64,000 bases of DNA, taken from positions 1,756,873 to 1,820,872 of the forward strand of contig CAJFCJ010000007.1 in assembly GCA_904063045.1 (NCBI GenBank), in the 5' to 3' direction. Numbering within the stretch: the stretch's first letter is position 1; the number at the start of each line of letters is the position of its first letter. This document shows positions 36,684 to 51,781 of the stretch, piece after piece. This stretch comes from Dimorphilus gyrociliatus (lineage: Eukaryota > Animalia > Annelida). Made by a program: the position numbers and the translations under genes. The notes beneath the pieces are model-generated. The model ran no database searches and was not told the origin of the DNA. It was given only the letters and a program-made list of their open reading frames with translations.

Positions 36684-37895
36684 ATGGCGACAACTACAGC
36701 TAATCACTATCACCATTCGACAGTTTCTGAAACAATCGACATGCAACAGCACTTTGACATCAAGTCCTACATGGCGACGCCTGTCAACCATGCGCCAGTT
36801 CACCATCAACAATGGCTAGGTTGTATTGACACCGCGCCGGCGGCTGCTGCCGCAGCAGCCGCCGCCTGGACAAGTTCGGCAGATATGACGGCTTTACATC
36901 AGAGGCAGACTGCTGCAGTCTCTCAACAACATCAGCATCCTCATACTCATCATCAGCAACTGCACCCAGCTTATGCCGCTTCTTGGTCTCCACCACCGCC
37001 AACATCAGCTCCTCATCACCTTACTGCTATGAATGGTGGTCAATTACAACAATACGGAAATGTTATAGCAGGTCAACACCATCCCAGCGTAATGCATAGT
37101 CTTGTGGCAAGACATGAACATGCAATGGCAGCGGCTGACCTTCACCACCATGAAGGTTTAATGAATACTGCTGCTGCAGCTGAAACTGCCCATGAACACC
37201 CACATCATCCGTCCGACGATGATTCTCCCTCGTCCGACGATCTTGAATCCTTTGCCAAGTCATTTAAACAACGACGTATTAAACTTGGCTTTACTCAGGC
37301 CGATGTAGGTCTCGCATTAGGAACCCTATATGGTAACGTGTTCAGTCAAACGACAATCTGCCGATTTGAAGCTCTGCAGCTCAGTTTTAAGAATATGTGT
37401 AAACTAAAGCCCCTGTTGCATAAATGGCTAGAAGAAGCGGATAGCACTAGCGGATCGCCAACTTCTATTGATAAGATTGCCGCACAAGGAAGGAAACGTA
37501 AGAAACGTACATCAATAGAGGTGACTGTCAAAGGTGCTCTAGAAAATCAGTTTGTTAAACAACCTAAACCTTCAGCTCAAGAAATCTCCGCCATCGCCGA
37601 TCAACTCCAACTCGAAAAGGAAGTGGTCCGAGTGTGGTTTTGCAATAGGCGGCAAAAAGAAAAAAGGATGACTCCACCGAATTTGGGCCCTAATGGTGAA
37701 ATCCTATTACCTGATTGCGCAGCTTCTCCAGTACCATCTCCTAGCCCTCCGACAACGACCACCTATCATAGTCGAGGATCACCTTTAATGTCACCACAAT
37801 CCGCCTGCCAGCATGACCATATATCGCCTCCTTCCTCTTCCTCGCCTCACACTCTTCTTACGTCATCGGCCTCCCATCAAACTGTAGTCAACTAG
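36684..37895 (+). CDS. POU3F: Class III POU homeodomain transcription factor (Brn1/2/4, vvl), intronless
   Basis: POU-specific domain [54 protein letters not shown], class III linker [14 protein letters not shown], homeodomain [11 protein letters not shown]...[16 protein letters not shown]-terminal MATTTANHY. Confidence 0.98.
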   Translation: MATTTANHYHHSTVSETIDMQQHFDIKSYMATPVNHAPVHHQQWLGCIDTAPAAAAAAAAAWTSSADMTALHQRQTAAVSQQHQHPHTHHQQLHPAYAASWSPPPPTSAPHHLTAMNGGQLQQYGNVIAGQHHPSVMHSLVARHEHAMAAADLHHHEGLMNTAAAAETAHEHPHHPSDDDSPSSDDLESFAKSFKQRRIKLGFTQADVGLALGTLYGNVFSQTTICRFEALQLSFKNMCKLKPLLHKWLEEADSTSGSPTSIDKIAAQGRKRKKRTSIEVTVKGALENQFVKQPKPSAQEISAIADQLQLEKEVVRVWFCNRRQKEKRMTPPNLGPNGEILLPDCAASPVPSPSPPTTTTYHSRGSPLMSPQSACQHDHISPPSSSSPHTLLTSSASHQTVVN

Positions 37896-38081
37896 TACGA
37901 ACGTCTCCTAGTGACGGCACGTCCAACTCACTGTTCTGACGTTGCGCACGCAAACATTGCAGTGGCCAAATCACGGTGAAGCGCTGCAGCGCCGGATTGC
38001 CTTTCTCCTATAAACCTATCTATATCGACTCCTGTATGTATAGAATTTATATTACTAGTCATACGCGATATATGCATGGGT

Positions 38082-38478
<397 letters not shown>

Positions 38479-39659
38479 TACAAGAATACATATGAAAATG
38501 ATTCTGAACAGTATTCAGTAGCTTTCCCGCTACAGTGCTTTATCGTGACGGCGCGATCACGCGTATTTGTTTATACAGTACGAACAAACTGTTGTGTATC
38601 AACATTGTAATAGACCTTCTGATAAGAACCGATTGCTGTTTTCACTTGTGCATATAGAGGCATAGAGCAACGAAAATATGCAACTGCTTTCATTTTAGCA
38701 TTTGTCAAGCGTAGTAGCCAATGAACGTTGCCCTCTCAGGCAGCAACGTGACCGCAATGCACGATAGCCTAAGTTTAGGCCTATGTACATCCCTTAGTCA
38801 ACAAAGCAAGCGGCGGTGCCTTTCTTTTTTTGCTTAGTTCTCTCCTACACTCTGTCACTAGTTGCAACAAAGGTGCTTTTCTTTTTACATTGTATACATT
38901 GGTTGAAGGCACGCAGCACCTGTAACCAACTTGAAAGAGGCGTCTGAAGTTTAGAAAATTTGTATATATGTGAAATTGATCGGAGAGTATATCTAACCTT
39001 TCACCCGCTTGCCCGCCGCTGTTTTGAATTGCAAATTTCCGTTTGGTGCGCGATCGTGCAGTCGGAATCGCGCTGGCGAAACGACCGGCCGGCCATTTTT
39101 GTGACGTCAAACGTCGGTGAGGTGAGCGGGTTCTTTTATCTATGCTTAGATATCGATACGGCAGCGAATGTTTAATTTCCTGAAGCCTTTGTGGCCGAAC
39201 GTTGGCAGCTGCCTTTTCACGGGCATCAATCATGATTGTTTTACGATTTACGCTCTGTGGCGGTGAGAGCTGTAATATAGAGAAAATACGGTATATTGTA
39301 TTGTATATAGGCGCAGATGCGGCAATGTCGCATCTCAACTTCATATCGAAATATATATATATATATATATTTATATATAAATAGGTCAATAGTGTTATGA
39401 AAAGCGTCTCTAGATAAATGTCAGCAACGCATCATCAATCGCGTATCTATCGATACGCAGCGCGCGTGTGTGCTCTCTATACTATCTCGTTGCTAAGGAA
39501 ACGCGCACCTGCATGGGCGGGGTTAATTTAAAAAAGGCGCATATATAGAGACCGTTGACTCTCTCGAGAGGGGATCGATTGATTAGTCAGGCCGCCCACC
39601 AACTGCAACTTTCCAGTTTCCTAATTGCCGCCACTCTATGCACATTTCTCTAAGGACGA

Positions 39660-39661
<2 letters not shown>

Positions 39662-39690
<29 letters not shown>
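39662..39690. repeat. (TA)n microsatellite
   Basis: About 14 uninterrupted TA units. Confidence 0.95.
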
Positions 39691-39692
<2 letters not shown>

Positions 39693-41413
39693 CATTCTTT
39701 CTTCTCAGGCTTCTATCGCCCTGGAAACGATAGAACGTTTGGCGCGACGGATTAAAGTGACAGTTCCCCAAAAAGTGTTTGATTAACGAGAAAGCTATCG
39801 ACGATACAGATGTATGTAAAAATATTTCAAATCACATGCTACTTGTCTTTAATTGCACAACGGGCTGAGGTTAAAAATTATAGTATAATTATAGTTTAAT
39901 TCGGCTAAGATTTACATAGAATTTTGTAAACCCCTTTAGTGACTAAGAAGACAGAACAAAGAGTCGCAGCTGCTTGCTGACAGCTGACCGCAAAATGTCC
40001 ATCCATCATTTTTGTATAAGGCAAGTGAACGAGCGATTAATATGCCTATAAACTAGTACAATATAAAGACTTATAAGAGAGATATAAATCCAATTATTTT
40101 GTGAATCGACCCCCTACAGTCTGAAGTTGACGTTGGATTACGTAAGAGAGTTGGCTTTTTCATTAAGCGGCGCGTTTGATGGTTGGGATGGGCATCAGTG
40201 TCATGCACACCAACAATTATCTGACGGCGCTATTCGACAATTACAGGCTACAAAAGAAAGTAAATCGTTGCAAAGTGTTTTTATCGGCGGCCTTTAAACG
40301 CACTAATGGCTTTTAAGACGCCATATACGCCGACGACCATGCATGTGGCGCCAGTATCGATAGCCGAGCTTTAACTAGCGTGTTTGCTGCGTAAACTGAC
40401 TTCTGAAAGGCACAGCTAACGCAAATATTCCACCTGACAGATCCGGCGAACGTTCCCAGTGAGCGTATAGTCTGTAGTGTAGAGGCCATAATAAAGTGCC
40501 AGTGTTCAACATATTTCTTGAAGAATAATTAGACAATACAAGCGAATACGAAGTTACGAATACAATTTTTTAAAAAGCACTTTCCTTCTTTATTATTGCT
40601 TCTACTTTTATACTGAAATTTTAACCATTTTATTTTACAAAAACCTATGGCACCTTCACGTTATGGCATTCAAATCGCCTGCGGCTGATCGTTTTCGAAT
40701 GGCTTTTTCCGCGTACAATTACACTTTCACTGTATAGTGCATACAGACATGCCTGAATCTTATATAGTTTTTACGACCCTACAATGACAAGAAAGAAATA
40801 ATCCGAAAAGTATACACAACGTATTAGACTGACCACAAACAAGAGAAGTGTTGGCGCGATACATTCGATTATGAGAAAATGAATTTAGGAAGTGACTAGT
40901 GCCGGAGCTCGTGCTCGCTCTCGCCAGCTAACTCGATTTCCATTCTCTGGTTGTCATGACGACTCAAAACGTTTCAATGTCATCGAGCCGTTCATATGGA
41001 CGTATAGATTAGTTATATAGCAAAATATATATACACATTATACATGGACGCCCGTTAAAAACTCATCAATCATATCTTTGGCTCCGCCCGTAAGTGTTTA
41101 TAAGTTTTCATCTGTGACAAATTTCAATCGATTTCTATTTTTATTAAAATCTCATTTATGGATAATATATTCATGTTTATGTGTGTGCGTTAGGGGAACT
41201 TTTGTTCTGCTGGTGGTAGTTGTTTTTCAAATATAAACGCCGCAGCTGTTGATACCCGCATCTGTATAGAGTTGTGCAGTCAAGCCGATGGAGCGTCTCT
41301 GGCAGCGAGAGAAGAATGACATCGCAAACGGCGTCTAATCCCGAATGTCGATTGGAGGGATGCGAACGCGTCCAATTTGTCCATTTATCTTTTTTTCATT
41401 GAAGCGATTGATA

Positions 41414-41415
<2 letters not shown>

Positions 41416-41476
<61 letters not shown>
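41416..41476. repeat. (AT)~30 microsatellite
   Basis: Uninterrupted AT run. Confidence 0.95.
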
Positions 41477-41479
<3 letters not shown>

Positions 41480-42808
41480 TATGAAGTATATATGGTATAT
41501 GATTTCTATACAGTTTGCACGTATATACTATTATAAGAATGGATTCAACATATTTGTTTTTGAGTGATAAATATGTGTACTTGTGTATTGTAATACTTGT
41601 AAAAATATTTAGATCCTCAACAGTTGCGTTCACACTGAAATTTCCAATATCTTTTAAATTTCTGGCGATTTAAGAATCAGCAAAGAAATGAATACAAGAA
41701 TTATAATATTTGAAATTAAAACTACAGCCGAAATCTCTTTTTCACATGTTATGTTTTAAGATACAAGCTCATATGATGACAGTGAGCACGTACACAATGA
41801 GAAAGAATCTGTGGGAGAAGATTTATTACTCCGCTAATAGACACAACTTTGTCGGCGTCGCATGTCGGAACGATTCGCTACTCGCTGTGAACGTAGAATA
41901 CCGCTCATTTCTCATCATCATGCATATTCATGCGGGACAAAGACGCGTAATTAGTAGACGTCACGCCCCCTAACACGGTTTACTCGCAAATCAATGCTCC
42001 ATTTCAGTAAGAAGGAGAAGACGGCGGGCAAGTGGCGGACAGGCGTTACTCGGCGGGGTGTACAGATGCGTCCCTTTGAACATACTCATGCACACTACCC
42101 AACCCACTGCTAAATGAGCCAGTCACGTTTGTGAATATCGCTCAATAGTTAATCGTTTCTGGTCTGTTCGGGCATACGACGCTCACTTCCTGCCTCTTTC
42201 TACGTCCCGCGAGATAAACGAAGAAGCGTCAACCTTGACCAATCGACGCCGCATCTGGCGTTCGATCGATAAAGAAAAGCGCGTCACTTGAAAGTTATGT
42301 GGCGCAATCAAATTACAACTCGTGTACGCCAAACGAAGTTATAGCGATGGCGGTCTAAGCACCTGCATTTCTGCAACATCAATTTGCAGTTGATTGGCGC
42401 ATATTTGTGTGATGAGCGGACACAGAAAACGTAATTATCTTCTTACATCCTTCTCTGTCTGCTCCCTGTCAAAGGCATCTCTCTTTAAGCATACATTTAC
42501 AGAGAGATGAAGCAAAATGTTGAAATTTTTTTGCCTTTGTATTGAACTGTAAAATTTTGTTTCCAATTATCAAACAGAATAAAAATCTCTTTTCTGAATG
42601 AACTATAATTTTTTTCTATAATTCTGAAAACATTGTTCTTAAAAGTTTGTCCTCCAGTTTACCAATGTCAGATAGACACTTCATTGTTATAGCTCTAATA
42701 CATTTAATAGTAACGAAAATCATATATTTAGAATTCTAAAAAATATATATCTGTAGATAGAAGATTATGCACTATAAAATTACTATAAATAAGATGTATA
42801 TAAATTTA

Positions 42809-42814
<6 letters not shown>

Positions 42815-42840
<26 letters not shown>
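42815..42840. repeat. (TA)n microsatellite
   Basis: About 13 TA units. Confidence 0.9.
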
Positions 42841-45609
42841 CGGACACACGCTGATTGAATTTGCATTAGAAAGAACGTTTGTTGGTGATCTGGTCGGCGT
42901 GCTTTGATGTTGTTTACACTTGATTTAAGGCCGCCTTCGATACTGTCTCTTCTGACTTACCTCATGACCTACTTTCCCTCTATTCAACACAACTCAATCA
43001 CTTTATGACAATGCAATTACCTTTTCCGTGGGCAGTGTAGGCTATATAGACGCACTGCGTGCTACTTCATTCATGACCCACAAAAATTGATGGAATTATT
43101 GACCAATTGAACAGCTGCTGAGACGAAAGCCGAATTGGCGCGGAGATTTTCGACGTTTCGATTGATAAGCGGTTCATACAGGACATTTAATTATTCGGAA
43201 GTACTGCACACGGCACATTACAAATTTTCTAGATTTATCATATTTATAGCATAAGTGATTATTCAGAAATTATATTAAGCCACAATTTTACAAAACAACT
43301 GCACTCCCACACATTTTATATAAGGTATAAAATGCACTAAAATATACTAATATTCAATTCACATCATGATTTTTGTAAACAAACATTTTTGTGCGTCTGT
43401 AGAGCTTAGATGTTATATAAAAAGAGAAGGTGAGTATATAATGTTTTATGCTTTCGTATATTTCATCTCTGCTACGAAGTTTTGATATATAATTAAGATT
43501 GCTTCTGTTAAATAAATCTTTTGTTACTAAGAAATCTCCCTTAAATTTGTTGAAATTCAATATATTTCTTTGTAATGATATTATTGTTTTAAAATTAGAC
43601 ATACGAATTGCTGAACCAAATTTCTATGCTGTTTAAATTTTTTTGTCAATAACATCTTATTGAGTTTGCAACGTTCGTTTATTAATAATTTACAAAAGAC
43701 ATGTATGTTTCACATAAAGAAAGAATACAGCATTGAAGCTGGGACGGTGTAAAGAAAGCGAGACGACGACGGTGCATTATTTAAAAGTAAAAACTATTTC
43801 GTAGGCGACGCACGTCCGAAAGTGAATGTGCTGCCATCTATGCGGGAGAGGGAAATAGGTCAGACAATCGTATATAAAACTTGTTTTTCATTCCAACGTT
43901 AACAATGACTTGCGCCATTAAAGCTGATCAATAACTCTCAACGCACACTTCATTAAATAAAGCACGTTGTTTTCTTTTTACGCTTTGCGTGCATTCTGTG
44001 TATGTTATATATAGGCATATAAAAGGCGCGCGACGTAAGATCATTTGTGGGCAATTCTTTCAATTAGTTCATTCCCCATCGGCCGAACACGGCCGGAATA
44101 AAAAGCGGCGGGTACTTGGCCTTAGCGGCCGGCGTCACTTCCTGTTTAGAGCCTCGTCGAGTTAGACGCCATTTGCGTTTTGCCGCCCCGCTTCCGGAAG
44201 AGAGTTGTGTGAAAAGAATGCAAACAAGCTAGGTATATAGGCTAGAGCACCTGTCGGTGCATGATGTCGCATCCGAACGTTTCATTTGTATATAAAAGAA
44301 AAGAAAAGAACATATATACATATACGTATGGAGCAAAAAGACAAATCAATGAAGAAAAGACAAACAAATTCGTATTCGAAGCACGTCAGTCGCGCTCATT
44401 TGGGCGCAAACTCAGAACAGGCAAAATGGCGGTTTGTTCCCTGGCGAGCACGGCAACACTCACGTTTTCATCGTCTTTGTTTTATATAAAGTTCTGCGGC
44501 AACTGCAATGTGAAAACGGCATCCGGGCATCTACTAAATCAGCCAAACAATCTATTAACCCGATGTCTCTCCTTCGTTTGCCTTTAGCCTTTTTTATTCG
44601 GCAACGCGCAACCTCAAATTGGGCAATTTACGACTGTTTGCGCCATTCGCATCTCGTTCGATTCCCTCTTTCTTTATTTTCTCCTGAAAAAAGTATCTTT
44701 TAGAAAAATCATAAATTAAATGAAATATAATGTACACAACTTGTTTAACAAAAAATGATTTTAAAATATAAAGAGAAAATACCTATCTTCACTAAAATTG
44801 CTAGTGTAATTTTTATATTTGTCTTTTCTTCTTTACTGTAAAGTTTTAACCACAGGAAAAGTGATTAGAGACGGTTTCCTGTTGCTGTCAAGAAAAGTCA
44901 ACATAACTCGTTCGCGCAACACGAGAAGAACGACGGGAAAATATGTGACGCCGCATTTTTTCGAACAACGCACGCGCGTTTGTTGACGAAAGGCGAGCGT
45001 CGATTTAATTTCTTTTTGCCTTCCCTCTCGCCAACTCGGGATGACCAGAGACGTCTAAAATAACGCTCCCTGGAGAGGTGATGCACTCTAATTACTTGTC
45101 AGGCAGATAATGACAGAAACAAGGGACTTGTTTGCCTTTATCGTTCTATTACATTGATTGTGATAAGTGTTTATCATTTCGCACAGAATAGTTATGCACA
45201 CTTGTTTGTAAAGTTTATTGTCTTCATTGTGAACATAGGTATTCAGATAGTCGGGTTCTCATGCTTCAACTTCACCAAGTCTGTACTCGAGCTAAGTTGA
45301 GACTGTTGAGTACGTCAAGTGGCTGTGTGAGTTAGCTCTGAGTGGGCAGTTTGCTGCCAAACTATGTAGATCTCGGTGCGTGCTCTGCAGCGTACGCTCC
45401 AATTGACAAAATGTACCTAAATTTCATCCCTATCATGGTCGCTTCTGATGTTTTGACTCTTTTGAACAGATGTGAAGGGAAATCTCTTGAGAATTTACGC
45501 GCGTTTCCTTTGTCTTAAGGCGTTATAACTTGTCTAGATCGTCGCAATTTCAACAGATTAGAAGAAAATTGGCGATTCGTCAATAAACTAGCAGCTGCAT
45601 AAATATCAG

Positions 45610-45692
45610 TGACGTCATGTAGTGACGTCATCTGCTTGCTAACGCTTCATTGCGTACGACAAACAAGGTGCTGGCAGTGACGAGTGACGTCA
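45610..45692. promoter_or_regulatory. Cluster of three perfect CRE palindromes (TGACGTCA)
   Basis: 45610-45617, 45623-45630 and 45685-45692, each preceded by AG, plus a half-site at 45677. Confidence 0.7.
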
Positions 45693-48452
45693 GGGCATGA
45701 ACGTCTCACAAATTTGCTCTCTATAGTTTGAATTATAGCTTTTACGCGTGTTCACTGGGTATACTATTATACTTTCACGCTATTTTTTTTACAAGCGGTT
45801 ATAATACGTGGCGGTTGGTCGCTCAACTTGAAAAGGCGACTCGCCTTTTTGCAATTTCCATATTACGTAAACTAGTGGCAAAATTAAACGGCACGTTTTG
45901 CCTGGTTGCATCATCCACCAGAAGATTTATTACAACATTTTACGGCTTTCTCTAGGTATTATTTTAACTTTGTAGTTTTTATCCTGTCTTTCTAGGTATT
46001 ATCAATGCGAAATATATCAGTACTCAGTCTTACTTTATGCTATTATATGATCTGCCTCCGCAATATTATCGCAGAGAGCACAGGCGTAAGCAAATGATTA
46101 AAACATGAGAGAATGGGAGAATTCGAGTTAGGAAGGGCTTGCTGTATGAATAAAACGCCTGGTGAACATATATAAAGTGGCCTGATTGCTCATATTCCTA
46201 CAGCCGGTCGTTTGGTCAGCATGCTTGAGTCGTACTTGTCTTGTTGCTATGCTACGCTTTTATAAATGATGATATAGACTTTCTGCTTGCATTTGGAATT
46301 CACTCTTCCGCCAACAATACGTCAATTAAAATGCGAATTATTTGGATTAATTCCAACATTTGTCTTATATACTATGAGGTTCGCTTAATCTCGAAATATT
46401 CTCTGGCACACCTTTCATTTTCACGGATCCTCATTTCGAATAAAGTTTCAATTTTATGAACCAATAGATGGCGCTTTTTCCAGAACAAATACGTGCTTCA
46501 AAACGATAAGACGGACAAGAATCGGCGATCAATTATCGCTAATTTAACTATATGGGTGGCTCTTTTAAACCGGACAGCCGAGTAATTCTCCAGCTTTCAT
46601 GAGTAAAATAAGTGAAGAGTATAAAGAAATATGAATGTTATCGGTAACTTTTATCATAGATTAGCTATTTTAAATAGTTTCATTCTGAATTGAAGTTTAG
46701 TATATTTAATACAAAAACACAAATTGAAGTTGTCCTCCAATTTATCAATATTAAGATGAGGATAAAGTCATAACGGGTAAAAAAAGCTTGTTTTTTGTCG
46801 AAGTCACGTCAATCGTGCAAAACCTTCGAGGCACTTGTCAAAATTCAAATACAACGCCTAGACGCCTTCCGGTGGAGTTTTATCAACGCTTTTTAAGCAC
46901 GGTGAATGATTATACCTGATTGACTTGGCTGTGCAGATTAAAAATATGCGCATACTATAACTTTTTCATGTTGGTATTAACATGTTGCATGTTCAGTTAA
47001 TACACAATTAGCAATATGTCATAACCAGGAGATATATCACTGTAAAATTACATATTGATAAAAAAGAGGTGTTGGAAATTTAATTTCCTTGTCTTAAATG
47101 AAAACACTGAAACAGATGTCTTCATATAATTATTATACTTTCAATTAAGTGTCCAATAACAATTTAAGTTATATGACACACTAGTCAGCAACAATGATTA
47201 TGAATATATTTCGTGAGCTCACACCTGTTTTCTATCGTGATACTGCAGCATGAGAGGACTGAAAATGAAGTAGTCAAGAAACGTTTATTTTATATATTAC
47301 AGAATCTAGCATCTATTTCGTATTCTGAATGTAACGCCTGTTCTGCTCAGAGTCGCTGTGAATGTTAGTGACAAGTGTGACAAGCGAAGACGTCGAAAAG
47401 TGTTCACGCATCGAATGCGAATGTTAATGCAATGCATGACTAACAAATCCGGGAGTTAGCAGCAGATCTGTGCGGTAATGAGACGGCTGCTTATCGAGCA
47501 GTGATCTAGAGCTTTTCGGATGAGGATAGGCTTAAAATGGACACAACATGTGGCGCTAGACATTTCATTTTCATCATATTTTTACAAGTGATCGTCAAGT
47601 AGCATCTTCAATTTGAGTCATCCTTCGCTATATTTAATTTATCAGTTACTTTTTTCCAATAAATATCAAAATCAATGCAGAAATTGATGTAGCCAATGCC
47701 TTTCTTTATTAGATAAATATTTGCGTAATATTTATATGATGAAGATACTGAGTATACATTATGCAATAAAATATATAATAGATACAATATGTTCTGGTAG
47801 ACAGATAGTAACGCGAGCCAGTATTTCAAGTTCTATGCCGCCAACGATTTGCAATCTCACACTTCAACTTCGATCAGTGCGATCTAGCGTGACGGTGAGT
47901 GTGACGTTACAGCACGTGCTGTTTTACAATAGAAGGATTATGGGATTTGGCATAAATTGCCCGTTCACTGTTTTTTTTTCGACTTCTTGATTAGAGCACG
48001 CGATTCGCTCTTTTAGACATGCACTCTCAGTAAACCGCCACTGGCGTTCATTACAAACAACAAGCTTCATAATCGCTTTATTCATTAGGGCATTATGTAC
48101 TCAAACCAAGCATAAAACATCGTTGACGTATGTCGGTCTAGAAATCTGCATACGCAAACTTCACCTGCCTGAGACATTGACACTTCAGGCTACAAAAGTG
48201 GAAAGTCTAATCAAGAATGCGCGGAGCTAAAGATGTATGAGACCTAAACGCGATTTGACGACGAGTAAACGAAATTAGTGAACGAAGCTGTCGTTACAAA
48301 ATCTACAATTTTCACGTATTCATTTCTTTAACCCTTTTTATAGGATTTTCGTGTCGTATTCTCCAATTTTCCATCTAAACTTTGATAGCGAGAAATATTC
48401 ATTTGATATCGCACTCAAACACTAAAACGCCAACTTCGAAAGCTATCTTTTG

Positions 48453-49121
48453 GTGCCATCTACGGGCTTGTAATTACTAAGGAATAACAACAATAGATGG
48501 CATATGTGGTGTGCAAATGGAATTTGAAAACAGAAATTGCTGTAATATTCTGGTGTAGTGATCATTGATATAGGATCGTGTTTAAATGACTAAAACATAC
48601 ATGCATTCTACTGTAACTAATTATATAATCTCTAGGATTTGAATATATACAGAACTTACAGTTATTAATAAGGACAAAATACTGAAGGGAAGTTTATTTC
48701 AAGCTTAAAGTTTTAATTTTAAAAGTTAGAGTTGTACTTTATATAGATGATGATAAAATTGAATGCTCTTAAACTTCAAATCTGGAAAAGTTGCATTATA
48801 GTTCCATTCCGCTAGATGTTATTTAGTAGCTAATAATTTAGTATGTGCAGTACTGGTGATGGTTTTATGACCAATGAAAACTAAAGGAACTTTGTGAAAA
48901 TGAGATATGTTCTTAAATTAAAAAGTGAAATATCTTGTCTGAGATATTACATCAAACGTAATAATATTTTGAAAACTCTTTTTTAAAGTGTTTAAATATA
49001 GATGAAATAAAATAATATTTACACGCTTTTCGAATGATTTGTTTTTCTGATATTATAAGTTGCGCCATCTGTTAAAGAGACAAAGCTATTGAATATTCAA
49101 TCATACAATAGATGGCATATC
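48453..49121. promoter_or_regulatory. Two divergent pairs of CTCF-like (AGATGGC) motifs
   Basis: GTGCCATCTA 48453 with TAGATGGCAT 48494; GCGCCATCTG 49062 with TAGATGGCAT 49109. Confidence 0.45.
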
Positions 49122-49495
49122 AGGTTTTATTTTACTCTTTCGTAGTTAATTTTTAAAGTTAAATCTTCAAAAAATTATGTTTTTAAAAAGAACACAGTTG
49201 GGAAAACAATATTAATATATTTACTTATTGAACCGGAAAAAGCCTCGTTTTCATCATGAAGTCTGATTGGCGGAAGGCGGCGAATTATCATAAAGAGGCG
49301 AACGAATGCGGCGTTGTTGGATGTGCTGTTGAAATCTAACTCTCCGTTGTGTACGTGAACGACGAAGACAGGTTGGCGAGTCTATTCGTACATAGGATTT
49401 TCTATTAAAGGAAAAAACCGATTGGAATCTCTAGTGCAGTTAGGTAAAAAAGGCGAGGCGCGCCTTTTTATTATCGTCAGAGGCAGCCTGCAAAG

Positions 49496-51303
<1,808 letters not shown>

Positions 51304-51781
51304 TGTTAGTACTGCGACCACCACTTGTACTGTCTACTGTGCTTTTTTTATCATTTCGAATTCTGTGAAAGTGATTTGATGGTGGAATGAATGCGACAGC
51401 ACAATTTAGTGGAACTCAATTGCTTCCTAGTGTCTTTTGTGCAACCCTTTGCTAGCCATTGTGAGCGTGTGTTATAATACTGTTGATGTTGTGCGATCAA
51501 ATTAATAATAATTCCATCTCCTCAAAACGTATGTATAGCTTATTATAATTTGACAATAAATCGAAATCTAAATAATGTATATCTCGGCAACGGTTGCTAA
51601 CAAACTTATTGGTTGTCATTTTATGACGTCAATCTGTTGGTTGGGTAGATAATCAGCAATAATATAGCAAAAATAGAAAACAAAATCTTGAATTGAAGAT
51701 TTTTTTGTAAAAGAATATTGGCAGTTTTATTCATTATAAATATAGTAAAACTTCACATGTACATTTATACACATACTAATA

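Noticed and set aside
40889-40908. AAGTGACTAGTGCCG resembling miR-252
   Set aside because: The seed does not match and there is no convincing precursor hairpin. No other known miRNA was recognised in the desert by eye.
42950-42975. Strong minus-strand donor GAG/GTAAGT in the desert
   Set aside because: No coding exon or partner acceptor could be identified; a single donor-like 9-mer is weak evidence.
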